Assembly (NCBI GenBank): GCA_022764085.1 | Contig: JALERP010000177.1 | Location: 2,682-66,681, forward strand | Reading direction: 5' to 3' | DNA: 64,000 nt | Origin: Prevotella sp. | Lineage (GTDB): Bacteria; Bacteroidota; Bacteroidia; Bacteroidales; Bacteroidaceae | Part shown: one piece after another, positions 8,910-19,150 of the stretch | Position numbering within the stretch: the first letter of the stretch is position 1 | How the letters are laid out: each line of letters opens with the position of its first letter | Position numbers and translations under genes: made by a program | Notes under the pieces: model-generated | Databases searched by the model: none | The model's input: only the letters and a program-made list of their open reading frames with translations | Told to the model about the DNA's origin: nothing

Positions 8910-10802
8910 CTACTCAAGATACGTATATCCATACAATCCAGAGCGATAGTTGGAGAGGAACTCCTTGCCCTCTTCAAGCGTAATCTTGCCTGACTTAACA
9001 CTCTTTGTCACCCATATCTCAAGTTGGCGCACCAGCTTCTTCGGGTCATATTGGACATAGTCAAGCACCTCGGCAACGGTCTCACCGTCGATAACCTGGT
9101 CGATATGATAATGGTTGTCCTTCACGCTGATATGAACCGCAGTAGTGTCGCCAAAGAGATTATGCATATCGCCGAGAATCTCCTGATAGGCTCCCACAAG
9201 GAAGACTCCGAGGTAATACTGCTCGTTCTTTCTGAGCGAGTGAACGGGCAGAATGTGGGAATTGTTGCGGTTGGTGACAAAGTTTGTAATCTTTCCGTCA
9301 CTGTCGCAAGTGATGTCCTGGAGAGTGGCACTGCGAGTGGGACGCTCTTTAAGTCTCTGGATAGGCATAATCGGGAATAGCTGGTCAATGGCCCATGAGT
9401 CGGGCAACGACTGGAAGAGCGAGAAGTTGCAGAAATACTTGTCGGCAAGGAGTTTGTCGAGATTCATCAGTTCTTCGGGGGTGTGCTTGAGGTGCTTGGC
9501 AAGGATATTTATCTCGTGGCAAACACTCCAGTACATACTCTCTATCTCCGCACGTGTCTTGAGGTCAACCAGTCCATGGGTGAAGAGGTCGAGACATTCC
9601 TCACGAATCTGTTCGGCATCATGCCAGTCCTCGAGCATGGAGCGGGGATTGAGATTGTCCCATATATCATATAGGTCCTTGACAAGCTGGTGACTGTTGG
9701 CATCAGGCTCGTACTCCTCAGGCATCTCGGGAAGCGAGGCCGTTTCGAGCACGTCGATCACGAGCACCGAGTGGTGGGCAGTGAGCGAGCGTCCGCTCTC
9801 TGTGATAAGGTTAGGATGCGGGAGGTCGTGCTTGTTGGCGGCATCGACGAAGGTATATATACAGTCGTTGACATACTCCTGTATGGAGTAGTTGACCGAG
9901 CTTTCGCTACTTGGCGAGCGTGTTCCGTCGTAATCGACCCCAAGACCGCCACCGCAGTCAACGAAATCCACGTTATATCCCATCTTATGAAGCTGGACAT
10001 AGAACATCGAAGCCTCGCGCAGGGCTGCTTGAATACGACGTATCTTGGTAATCTGGCTTCCTATATGAAAATGTATCAGGCGCAGGCAGTCGCGCATACC
10101 TTTCTTGTCTAAGAGGTCGAGAGCCTCGAGCAGTTCGCTACTGGTGAGTCCGAACTTGCTTGCATCTCCACCGCTTTCTTCCCATTTTCCGCTGCCCGAA
10201 GAAGCGAGCTTGATACGGATACCGAGATTAGGCTTAACGTTGAGTTTCTTTGCCTCGCGTGCGATAAGTTCCAGCTCGTTGGGTTTCTCCACAACAATAA
10301 AAATTCTCTTGCCCATCTTCTGTGCAAGAAGTGCAAGTTCGATGTAGCTTTGGTCCTTATAGCCATTGCATATTATCAGCGAGTCGCTCTGGCATTGCAC
10401 TGCTATGACAGCGTGAAGTTCAGGCTTTGAACCCGCTTCAAGACCGAGATTGAACTTGCGTCCGTGGCTGATAATCTCCTCAACCACTGGCTGCATCTGG
10501 TTAGTCTTTATCGGATAGATTATAAAGTTCTCTGCCTTGTATTCATATTCCTCAGCTGCCTTCTTAAAGCAGCTGCTGGTCTTCTCAATACGGTTGTCGA
10601 GAATATCCGGAAACCTGAGAAGCACCGGAGTGGTGACATCGCGCAGGGCGAGTTCGTCCATCACTTCACGGATGTCGATTTGGGTCTGGTTCTTGCAAGG
10701 TGTGACATAGACGTCACCTTCTTCATTAATACCGAAATAGGAGGTGCCCCAACCATTAATGTTGTAGAGCTCTTTCGAGTCTTCTATAGTCCACTTTTTC
10801 AT
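8910..10802 (-). CDS. speA: Biosynthetic arginine decarboxylase
   Basis: YPIKTNQ (PLP lysine), EAGSKPEL, HFHIGSQI, DITCDSDG and GAYQEILGDMHNLFG motifs. Confidence 0.96.
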   Translation of the reverse strand: MKKWTIEDSKELYNINGWGTSYFGINEEGDVYVTPCKNQTQIDIREVMDELALRDVTTPVLLRFPDILDNRIEKTSSCFKKAAEEYEYKAENFIIYPIKTNQMQPVVEEIISHGRKFNLGLEAGSKPELHAVIAVQCQSDSLIICNGYKDQSYIELALLAQKMGKRIFIVVEKPNELELIAREAKKLNVKPNLGIRIKLASSGSGKWEESGGDASKFGLTSSELLEALDLLDKKGMRDCLRLIHFHIGSQITKIRRIQAALREASMFYVQLHKMGYNVDFVDCGGGLGVDYDGTRSPSSESSVNYSIQEYVNDCIYTFVDAANKHDLPHPNLITESGRSLTAHHSVLVIDVLETASLPEMPEEYEPDANSHQLVKDLYDIWDNLNPRSMLEDWHDAEQIREECLDLFTHGLVDLKTRAEIESMYWSVCHEINILAKHLKHTPEELMNLDKLLADKYFCNFSLFQSLPDSWAIDQLFPIMPIQRLKERPTRSATLQDITCDSDGKITNFVTNRNNSHILPVHSLRKNEQYYLGVFLVGAYQEILGDMHNLFGDTTAVHISVKDNHYHIDQVIDGETVAEVLDYVQYDPKKLVRQLEIWVTKSVKSGKITLEEGKEFLSNYRSGLYGYTYLE

Positions 10803-11329
10803 TCTTGTCCGATAAGATCTATTATTCTTTGTACTGATATTTGAATTTTCTCATAATTGTCCAACAAACTCACGTCGAGCACATGTTTCGCCTTGGTGTA
10901 ATACTCCTCGCGTTTCTTTAGCTGCTCCTTGATGAAGGAGACAAGTTCTTCGGGAGTCTTGTTCTTAAGCAGAGGCCTCTCGGTTTTGCCCATTAGCAGA
11001 TGCTTGTAGAGCACTTCGGGTTCTGCCTTCAGATATACCACGTCTCCCTGACCGTTCATATAATCCATATTGTCGAAAAAGCAGGGTGTACCTCCACCGC
11101 AACTTAGGACCACATCCTCGAACTCGGCTGCTTCGTGCAGCATATTGTGCTCAATGACGCGGAATCCCTCTTCTCCCCGTTCAGCGAAGATTTGGGGAAC
11201 GGTCTTGCGCATACGGCTTTCTATATACCAGTCGAGGTCATAGAACTGCAATCCCAATTGTTTGGCAAGAGCCTTGCCCACAGTTGTCTTTCCGGCTCCC
11301 ATATAGCCGATGAGAATCACTCTCTTCAT
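10799..11329 (-). CDS. aroK: Shikimate kinase
   Basis: GYMGAGKTT, DLD, GEEGFR, GGG and RPLL motifs. Confidence 0.95.
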   Translation of the reverse strand: MKRVILIGYMGAGKTTVGKALAKQLGLQFYDLDWYIESRMRKTVPQIFAERGEEGFRVIEHNMLHEAAEFEDVVLSCGGGTPCFFDNMDYMNGQGDVVYLKAEPEVLYKHLLMGKTERPLLKNKTPEELVSFIKEQLKKREEYYTKAKHVLDVSLLDNYEKIQISVQRIIDLIGQE

Positions 11330-13641
11330 TTCTTCTTGACTGGCGTTGAATCAACAATCTGCTTGCACTCCTCGTAAGTCAGTTCGGCTGCCTTATCATG
11401 CAAGTTTTTCGGAAGACGGTAGTTGGTTCCGTCATACTGGATATAAGGGCCATAACGACCGTTGAGCACCTCCATCTTGGGGTCTTCACTAAAGCTCTTG
11501 ATATGGCGTTGCTGCTCCTGTAGGCGTTTGCCGTCGATAAGGGCTATGGCATCCTGAAGGGTGATGGTCAAGGCATCCATATCCTTAGGCACTGACACGT
11601 ATTTCTTGTCGTGAAGGATATACGGGCCGAAACGACCAGCCCCTACCGTAACGTTCTTTCCCTCATACTTACCAAGTTCGCGAGGTAACTTAAACAGTTC
11701 CATTGCTTCTTCGAGCGTGATGCTCTCCATACTGAACTTAGACGGCAACTGTGCGAACTTCGGTTTGTCTTTGTCCTCTGCGTCTCCAATCTGCACAACA
11801 GGACCGAAGCGACCAATCTTCACATAAACCGGCTTGCCTGACTTGGGTTCAACGCCCAACTGTCTCTCACCGGCCTTATGCTCTGCCCTGATGTTCATCG
11901 TCTTCTCAACCACAGGCTCGAAGTCGTTATAGAACTCACGCATCATATCGGTCCACTTCTCATTTCCTTCGGCAATCTCGTCAAATTTCTGCTCCACTTT
12001 GGCCGTGAAGTTGTAGTCCATGATTCCAGGGAAATACTGCAGCAGGAAGTCATTCACCACGATTCCTATATCAGTGGGCATCAGCTTGCCCTTGTCATTA
12101 CCGGTTATCTCAGTGCGTGTCTTCTCGGTAACCTGTTTGCCCTTGAGGACAATGGAGATGAGCTGGCGTTCCTCACCCTTTTTGTCTCCCTTGTGAACAT
12201 ACTCACGCTGCTGGATGGTGCTGATGGTAGGGGCGTAAGTTGAAGGACGACCGATACCAAGTTCCTCAAGTTTGTGAACGAGACTGGCCTCAGTATATCT
12301 CATAGGGCACTGGGTGAATCTCTGTAATGCAGACACCTCACGACGCTGAAGCTCCTGACCCTCGCAGACAGGAGGCAACATTCTTGTGCCCTCGCCATCA
12401 TTCAGTTCTTCTTCGTCTGTTGACTCATGATATACTTTAATGAATCCATCGAACTTTACAATCTCACCATTGGCAACAAACTGTTCGCCAAGACCTGAGC
12501 CGGAGATGTTCACCGTGGTCTTCTCAATCTCGGCATCAGCCATCTGACTTGCTATGGTGCGCTTCCAAATCAGCTCGTAGAGTCGCTTCTCCTGCATTTT
12601 CCCCTCGATGGTTGGAGCTGACATGTCAGTAGGACGGATGGCTTCGTGAGCCTCCTGTGCACCCTTCGATTGTGTGTGGAACTGACGAGGTTTGCTATAC
12701 TTATCTCCCCACAGTTTGGCAATCTCGTCCTTACTGCCGTTGATGCACAGTTCGGAGAGGTTGACAGAGTCGGTACGCATATATGTTATCTTTCCGTTCT
12801 CGTAAAGATGCTGGGCTATTGTCATAGTCTGCGACACGGTGAATCCCAGTTTGCGGGCTGCCTCTTGTTGCAACGTGGATGTAGTGAAAGGTGGAGCCGG
12901 AGAACGCTTCAGAGGTTTCTTGCTCACGGCATCAATCTTGAACACAGCAGTCTGGCATTTCTCTAGGAAATCCATAACTTCGACCTGTGTCTTGAATCGT
13001 GATGGTAGTTCAGCCTTTACCTCGGACATAGAACCGTCTCTACCCTCAACTCCGAACACTGCGCTCACCCTGAAATAAGACTCACTCTTGAAGTTCTGTA
13101 TTTCCCTCTCGCGCTCTACGATAAGACGTACGGCAACACTCTGTACACGACCTGCAGAAAGAGCTGGCTTAACCTTGCGCCACAATACGGGTGAAAGTTT
13201 GAAACCTACGATGCGGTCGAGCACACGGCGGGCTTGTTGCGCATTCACCAAGTTCATATCAAGATGACGCGGGTTTTTGATAGCCTCCAAGATGGCAGGC
13301 TTGGTTATTTCGTGGAACACGATTCGGCTTGTCTTTTCCTCGTCGAGACCAAGTACCTCACAAAGATGCCATGATATGGATTCTCCCTCGCGGTCCTCAT
13401 CGGATGCGAGCCACACCTTTTCGGCTTGTTTGGCATTTGCCTTAAGTTCCCTAACCACCTTAACTTTCTCTTCGGGTATCTCATAGTCAGGCTGTAATGT
13501 GTCGATATCCACACTGAGTTCCTTTTTCTTCAGGTCTCTGATATGACCATAGCTTGACATCACCTTAAAGTCATCGCCAAGAAATTTTTCTATCGTCTTC
13601 GCCTTAGCTGGCGACTCGACTATAACCAGATTTTTCTGCAT
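11326..13641 (-). CDS. topA: DNA topoisomerase I
   Basis: IVESPAKAKTI, DEDREGE, SAGRVQS, ITYMRTDS and GIGRPSTY motifs; C-terminal GRF/YGPY repeats; start moved to ATG 13641, TACTTTTG at 13671-13678 (minus). Confidence 0.97.
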   Translation of the reverse strand: MQKNLVIVESPAKAKTIEKFLGDDFKVMSSYGHIRDLKKKELSVDIDTLQPDYEIPEEKVKVVRELKANAKQAEKVWLASDEDREGESISWHLCEVLGLDEEKTSRIVFHEITKPAILEAIKNPRHLDMNLVNAQQARRVLDRIVGFKLSPVLWRKVKPALSAGRVQSVAVRLIVEREREIQNFKSESYFRVSAVFGVEGRDGSMSEVKAELPSRFKTQVEVMDFLEKCQTAVFKIDAVSKKPLKRSPAPPFTTSTLQQEAARKLGFTVSQTMTIAQHLYENGKITYMRTDSVNLSELCINGSKDEIAKLWGDKYSKPRQFHTQSKGAQEAHEAIRPTDMSAPTIEGKMQEKRLYELIWKRTIASQMADAEIEKTTVNISGSGLGEQFVANGEIVKFDGFIKVYHESTDEEELNDGEGTRMLPPVCEGQELQRREVSALQRFTQCPMRYTEASLVHKLEELGIGRPSTYAPTISTIQQREYVHKGDKKGEERQLISIVLKGKQVTEKTRTEITGNDKGKLMPTDIGIVVNDFLLQYFPGIMDYNFTAKVEQKFDEIAEGNEKWTDMMREFYNDFEPVVEKTMNIRAEHKAGERQLGVEPKSGKPVYVKIGRFGPVVQIGDAEDKDKPKFAQLPSKFSMESITLEEAMELFKLPRELGKYEGKNVTVGAGRFGPYILHDKKYVSVPKDMDALTITLQDAIALIDGKRLQEQQRHIKSFSEDPKMEVLNGRYGPYIQYDGTNYRLPKNLHDKAAELTYEECKQIVDSTPVKKK

Positions 13642-13772
13642 AATCCTTTTATTGTTTTTGAATTTGGGTGCAAAAGTAAATAAAAAACTTTCTAACACCT
13701 TATATATAATAAATAATTTTGTGTTTTTTAAGTTTTTGAAATATTCGTTTAGAATATATTGTGTATATTATA

Positions 13773-13799
13773 AATTAAGAATTAAGAATTAAGAATAAG
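13773..13799. repeat. Heptamer tandem repeat (AATTAAG x3 plus a partial copy) in the topA/pta divergent region
   Basis: aattaag aattaag aattaag aataag. Confidence 0.8.
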
Positions 13800-13924
13800 A
13801 CTGCAATATATAAAAATAATAAAAAATTGATGAAACTTTCTTGTATATCATTTTTTTTTGTTACTTTTGCAACGTGAAATTGTAAAGTCAAGATTACAAA
13901 ACAAACATATTTAAGAAACAAACT

Positions 13925-14935
13925 ATGGATTTAGTTCAGAAAATCATCGAGCGCGCAAAAAGCAACAAGCAGCGCATCGTACTCCCCGAAGCCACCGAGG
14001 AGCGCACGTTAAGAGCAGCAGACAGAGTACTGGCTGACGATGTGGCTGACCTTATACTTATCGGTAATCCCGATGAAGTACACAAATTGGCCAAAGAATG
14101 GGGTCTGACCAATATCGACAAGGCTACACTAATCGACCCTGAAAACAACCCAAAGGCAGAGGAATATGCCACTTTGCTCGCCGAACTGCGTAAGAAGAAG
14201 GGCATGACCATCGAGCAGGCTCGCGAATTGGTGAAGAACCCCCTATACCTTGGTTGTATGATTATAAAGACCGAAGGTGCTGACGGACAAATCAGCGGTG
14301 CTTTGAGCACTACTGGTGACACTTTGCGTCCTGCACTGCAGATTATCAAGTGTGCCCCAGGTATCTCTTGCGTGAGTGGTGCGATGCTTCTCATCACCGA
14401 CAAGGAGCAGTATGGCGAGGATGGTATTCTCGTTATGGGCGACGTTGCCGTTACTCCTATGCCAGATGCTTCTCAGTTAGCTCAGATTGCGGTATGTACC
14501 GCTCAGACAGCAAAGAGCGTCGCTGGATTTGCAGAGCCTCGTGTGGCAATGTTGAGTTTCTCCACCAAGGGTAGCGCAAGTCACGAGGTGGTTGACAAGG
14601 TGGTTGAAGCCACACGTCTCGCCAGGGAACTCGACCCGACGCTTCAGATTGACGGCGAACTTCAGGCTGACGCCTCTCTCGTTCCTTCCGTAGGTGCGAA
14701 AAAGGCTCCGGGCAGCAAGATTGCCGGTCATGCCAATGTATTGGTGGTTCCCTGCCTTGAGGTGGGTAACATCTCATACAAATTGGTGGAGCGTCTCGGT
14801 GGCGCCACTGCCCTTGGACCAATCCTCCAGGGTATTGCCCGTCCTGTGAACGACCTGTCAAGAGGATGCTCTGTTGACGATATTTATAAGATGGTTGCTA
14901 TCACCGCTTGTCAGGCTATGGATGCGAAGAAATAA
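13925..14935 (+). CDS. pta: Phosphate acetyltransferase (short form)
   Basis: [27 protein letters not shown] and PVNDLSRG motifs; TACTTTTG at 13862-13869. Confidence 0.96.
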   Translation: MDLVQKIIERAKSNKQRIVLPEATEERTLRAADRVLADDVADLILIGNPDEVHKLAKEWGLTNIDKATLIDPENNPKAEEYATLLAELRKKKGMTIEQARELVKNPLYLGCMIIKTEGADGQISGALSTTGDTLRPALQIIKCAPGISCVSGAMLLITDKEQYGEDGILVMGDVAVTPMPDASQLAQIAVCTAQTAKSVAGFAEPRVAMLSFSTKGSASHEVVDKVVEATRLARELDPTLQIDGELQADASLVPSVGAKKAPGSKIAGHANVLVVPCLEVGNISYKLVERLGGATALGPILQGIARPVNDLSRGCSVDDIYKMVAITACQAMDAKK

Positions 14936-14961
14936 TATAAATATTATAAAAATCATTATTC

Positions 14962-16155
14962 ATGAAGATTTTAGTGCTCAACTGTGGTAGCTCATCTATT
15001 AAGTATGCGCTCTACAACATGGAAACCAAAGAGGTCATGACCTCAGGAGGTGCTGAGAGAGTAGGATTGGACGGTGCATTCGTCAAGGTTAAACTGGCTA
15101 ACGGAGAAAAGAAGCAGATAATGCACGACATCCCCGAACATACTGAGGGTGTGAAGTTTATCTTCTCATTGCTGACAGATCCCGAAATCGGCGTTATAAA
15201 AGACCTTAAGGAAATTGATGCAGTAGGTCACCGTATGGTACATGGAGGTGAGAAGTTTAACAAGAGTGTGATACTCACTGACGAGGTACTCAAGGTATTC
15301 GAGGAGTGCAGCGACCTTGCACCACTACACAATCCCGCAAACCTCAAGGGAGTGAAGGCAGTAAGCGAACTGATGCCCGGACTGCCTCAGGTGGGTGTCT
15401 TTGACACTGCATTCCATCAGACAATGCCCGACTATGCGTATATGTACGCAGTGCCTTACGAATTGTATGAGAAGTATGCAATACGTCGCTACGGTTTCCA
15501 CGGAACAAGTCATCGCTACGTGGCAAAGCGAGTGTGCGACTTCCTGGGCGTAAACCCGGAGGACAAGAAGATTATCACATGCCACATCGGAAACGGTGCT
15601 TCTATCGCTGCTGTTGACGGAGGCAAGTGTGTTGACACTTCCATGGGTCTCACTCCTCTCGAGGGTGTGATGATGGGAACTCGTTCGGGTGACATCGACG
15701 GTGGCGCGGTTGCATTCCTGCAGAAGAAACTCGGACTTGATGCTGATGGAATCTCTGACCTGCTGAATAAGAAGAGCGGAGTGCTCGGTATCACTGAACT
15801 TTCCTCTGACATGCGCGAGGTTGAAGCCGCTTGCGAGAAGGGTGAGCCAAAGGCTGTGCTTGCTATGAATATGTATAACTACCGCATCAAGAAGTATATC
15901 GGTGCATACGCTGCTGCCATGGGCGGTGTTGATATCATCGTTTTCACAGCAGGTGTAGGCGAAAACCAGTGGAGCACCCGTCAGGAATCCTGCGAAGGTC
16001 TTGAATTCCTCGGTATAAAGATAGACAAGGAAGTTAACAAGGGGCTGCGTGGAGTTGAGAAGATTATCTCAACCGATGATTCAAAGGTGACAGTTTGCGT
16101 CATACCTACCGACGAGGAGCTTATGATTGCCACCGATACAATGGAACTGTTATAA
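14962..16155 (+). CDS. ackA: Acetate kinase
   Basis: LNCGSSSIK, GHRMVHGG, APLHN, FDTAFH, YGFHGTSH and PTDEE motifs. Confidence 0.97.
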   Translation: MKILVLNCGSSSIKYALYNMETKEVMTSGGAERVGLDGAFVKVKLANGEKKQIMHDIPEHTEGVKFIFSLLTDPEIGVIKDLKEIDAVGHRMVHGGEKFNKSVILTDEVLKVFEECSDLAPLHNPANLKGVKAVSELMPGLPQVGVFDTAFHQTMPDYAYMYAVPYELYEKYAIRRYGFHGTSHRYVAKRVCDFLGVNPEDKKIITCHIGNGASIAAVDGGKCVDTSMGLTPLEGVMMGTRSGDIDGGAVAFLQKKLGLDADGISDLLNKKSGVLGITELSSDMREVEAACEKGEPKAVLAMNMYNYRIKKYIGAYAAAMGGVDIIVFTAGVGENQWSTRQESCEGLEFLGIKIDKEVNKGLRGVEKIISTDDSKVTVCVIPTDEELMIATDTMELL

Positions 16156-16158
16156 TAA

Positions 16159-17358
16159 ATGGCGATATCCATTGTAAATATAATAAGAATGATGGTCACG
16201 GCGGGACTTTTGTCCTTTGCCGTGACTTCATCTGCACAAAGGGACTCCATTCTCTTTGAGGAAAATCACACAATAGACACAACTGCCATCGGAGAGTTGA
16301 GGGTTAACATCGACAACCTCAACTTCTTCAAAAACAATGAATACGAGAGTCAAATCACCAAAGGTTATACTCTTCCGGGATTTTGGGTGAAACCTTCTGT
16401 AAGCTATCAGCCTCTGAGAAACCTGAAGGTTGATGTGGGAGCTTATATGATACATTATTGGGGAGCCACAAAATACCCGAACTTCAACTATAGCGACATG
16501 CCAGAATGGCACGGAGAACAATACCAGAAGGGATTCCACATCCTGCCATTTTTCAGAGTGCAGATTGACCCGACAAAAAGACTTAGCCTAATACTCGGCA
16601 CACTCTACGGACACAATAACCATAATCTCATCGCCCCCCTCTACAACTATGAAATGGGACTATCGGGCGACCCCGAAACCGGATTCCAGATTATATGGGA
16701 TGCTCCCCGACTGAAGTTGGACTCATGGATTAACTGGGAGAGTTTCATATATCGCAACGACACTCACCAAGAGAGTTTCTCTTTTGGTACATCGCTCAAG
16801 CTACTGGCCAACAGCAGTAAGGCACCATTGCACTTATATTTCCCACTGCAGTCAATATTCCAACATAGGGGCGGCGAGATAAACACTGAGGCAGAGGAAC
16901 GAAGCGTAAAGACATGGATGAATGCAGCTGCCGGTATGGGACTCATCATCAACACCCGCAACGACATTGTGCCATGGATAAACCTTGAAGCATGTGGAGT
17001 ATATTACAAACAGGTGGCGGGTGACTTGCTCCCCTTTGACAAGGGACACGGATACCTTGCCACAGCATCAATGAGACTATGGAAATTTGATGTCAGCGGA
17101 GAATACTGGTGGTGCAAGGATTTTATCAGCATATTGGGTAATCCTCTGTATGGAGCAATGGGCATAGAAGACAACACATATCTTCTCGATAAGCCGAAGA
17201 TGCTCAACTGTCATATTGGCTACTCACAAGATTTAGGCAAAGGATTTGCCTGGGGAATACATGCCGACGTTTTCGACCATATAAAAGAAAACGCCGTGAG
17301 CTGGGCCCTCGGCGTTTATATGAGAATCAACTTTAACTTCCTGTTGAAGAAATTTTAG
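16159..17358 (+). CDS. Exported hypothetical protein, probably an outer-membrane beta-barrel
   Basis: Signal-peptide-like N-terminus, aromatic-rich alternating strands and C-terminal Phe. Confidence 0.65.
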   Translation: MAISIVNIIRMMVTAGLLSFAVTSSAQRDSILFEENHTIDTTAIGELRVNIDNLNFFKNNEYESQITKGYTLPGFWVKPSVSYQPLRNLKVDVGAYMIHYWGATKYPNFNYSDMPEWHGEQYQKGFHILPFFRVQIDPTKRLSLILGTLYGHNNHNLIAPLYNYEMGLSGDPETGFQIIWDAPRLKLDSWINWESFIYRNDTHQESFSFGTSLKLLANSSKAPLHLYFPLQSIFQHRGGEINTEAEERSVKTWMNAAAGMGLIINTRNDIVPWINLEACGVYYKQVAGDLLPFDKGHGYLATASMRLWKFDVSGEYWWCKDFISILGNPLYGAMGIEDNTYLLDKPKMLNCHIGYSQDLGKGFAWGIHADVFDHIKENAVSWALGVYMRINFNFLLKKF

Positions 17359-17804
17359 GCGAGCAATCTCTTCACTACATCTGAGATAGCCTTTCCATCG
17401 GCCTTGCCTGCAAGCTGCTTGCTGGCAACCCCAATCACCTTACCCATCTCCTTGATGCTTGAAGCTCCCGTCTGGGCAATAATTTCCTTTACAGCTACCT
17501 CTATCTCTTCGTTCGACATTGCCTTTGGCAGATAGCTCTCTATAACCCTTACTTGTGCCATCTCAGCCTCTGCAAGGTCAGGACGGTTCTGCTGTGTATA
17601 AAGGTCGGCTGAATCATGTCCTTGCTTAGCAAGTTTCTGTAATATCTTCAGAGCGACCGCATCGTCAAGGGAGTCATTGGCACCAGGTGCAGTCTTCGCC
17701 TCGATAAACACTTTTTTTATGTTGCGCAGAGCCTCCAAGGTCACCTTGTCCTTGGCTTTCATCGCTGCGACGATGTCTTTACTTACCTTTTCAAATAGTT
17801 CCAT
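17355..17804 (-). CDS. GatB/YqeY domain protein
   Basis: AMKAKDK..LEALR, ESYLPK and KEMGKV...GKADGK motifs. Confidence 0.9.
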   Translation of the reverse strand: MELFEKVSKDIVAAMKAKDKVTLEALRNIKKVFIEAKTAPGANDSLDDAVALKILQKLAKQGHDSADLYTQQNRPDLAEAEMAQVRVIESYLPKAMSNEEIEVAVKEIIAQTGASSIKEMGKVIGVASKQLAGKADGKAISDVVKRLLA

Positions 17805-17809
17805 GATAT

Positions 17810-19138
17810 TTATGAGAATTTAATAGTTCCTTGAATTTCGTTGTTTTCCTTTTCTTCACGTTTTTCCTCTGTCCTGTCAACACTAACACTCTGGTTGTGA
17901 ATGCTTTCAAGGATTTCCTTAGTGCGCTTGTATGTTGGAGATGTCTCCACCCGGGCAATGACATTGTCGTTGTCAAGGTCCTCGGCATGAAAGAGATAGA
18001 TATGAGCTGGACGCTTGTATTTGAGGTTGTTACCCTCATTGCCATAGTAACGCTGACGACGTTCCTGACGTTCAGCTTCTTTCTCCTGTTCCTCGGCTAT
18101 TCGCTTTGCCTCTTCCTGAGTATGGCGACGAGCATGCCCGTGCATCATGTCGATATTTTCAATACCAAAACCTGTTGCAAGAATAGTCACCTTAACCTTC
18201 TTTCCGAGTTCGGGGTCTGTTGCAAGTCCCCACTTGATTTCGAAATCACCGAACTTCGCCATAAAGTCATTGACGTCATTCATCTCCTCCATCATGAGGC
18301 TGTCCTTACCATCCTTCTGTCCACAGAACGATATGGAGAGCAGGATTTTCTTGGAATTGAACACGTCATTGTCGTTGAGCAACGGAGAATTAAGGGCATC
18401 GTCAATGGCTTTCTTCACACGACCTTCTCCCTCTCCATAACCTGTTGACATAATGGCTACTCCACCATCCTTAAGCACAGTCTTGACATCGTTGAAGTCG
18501 AGGTTGATAAGACCGTGGACTGTGATAATCTCAGCTATACTCTTGGCGGCAACGCTCAGTGTATCGTCAGCCTTACCAAAGGCATCGAGAACTGTCAAGT
18601 TAGGATATATCTCGCGCAAGCGCTCATTATTGATAACAAGGAGGGCGTCAACATGTTTCGACATCTCCTCTACTCCATCAAGAGCCTGGTCAATCTTGCG
18701 GTCTCCTTCGAAACGGAAAGGAATGGTGACGATACCTACTGTCAGAATACCCATTTCCTTGGAAACACGGGCTATGACAGGAGCGGCACCAGTTCCTGTA
18801 CCACCACCCATTCCGGCTGTGATAAAGGTCATACGTGTTCCGTCATTAAGCATATTCTTAATGTCGTCAAGACTTTCCTCAGCTGCCTGGCGAGCTTTTT
18901 CCGGCTTGTTTCCGGCTCCGAGTCCTTCCTTGCCGAGTTGCAGATGCACAGGCACGGGTGAGTCATTCAGTGCTTGATTGTCGGTATTGCACAATACGAA
19001 CGACACGTCGTGTATGCCTTCGCGGTACATGTGATTTACGGCATTACCGCCACCACCGCCGACACCGATGACCTTGATGATGCTATGCTCCTTTTCTGGA
19101 GCTCCAAAGTCAACTATTGGAATATTGTTGTCTGCCAT
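17810..19138 (-). CDS. ftsZ: Cell division protein FtsZ
   Basis: GVGGGGGNAV, NTD, GMGGGTGTGAAP and INLDFNDV motifs. Confidence 0.98.
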   Translation of the reverse strand: MADNNIPIVDFGAPEKEHSIIKVIGVGGGGGNAVNHMYREGIHDVSFVLCNTDNQALNDSPVPVHLQLGKEGLGAGNKPEKARQAAEESLDDIKNMLNDGTRMTFITAGMGGGTGTGAAPVIARVSKEMGILTVGIVTIPFRFEGDRKIDQALDGVEEMSKHVDALLVINNERLREIYPNLTVLDAFGKADDTLSVAAKSIAEIITVHGLINLDFNDVKTVLKDGGVAIMSTGYGEGEGRVKKAIDDALNSPLLNDNDVFNSKKILLSISFCGQKDGKDSLMMEEMNDVNDFMAKFGDFEIKWGLATDPELGKKVKVTILATGFGIENIDMMHGHARRHTQEEAKRIAEEQEKEAERQERRQRYYGNEGNNLKYKRPAHIYLFHAEDLDNDNVIARVETSPTYKRTKEILESIHNQSVSVDRTEEKREEKENNEIQGTIKFS

Positions 19139-19150
19139 ATCTTTATTTTT

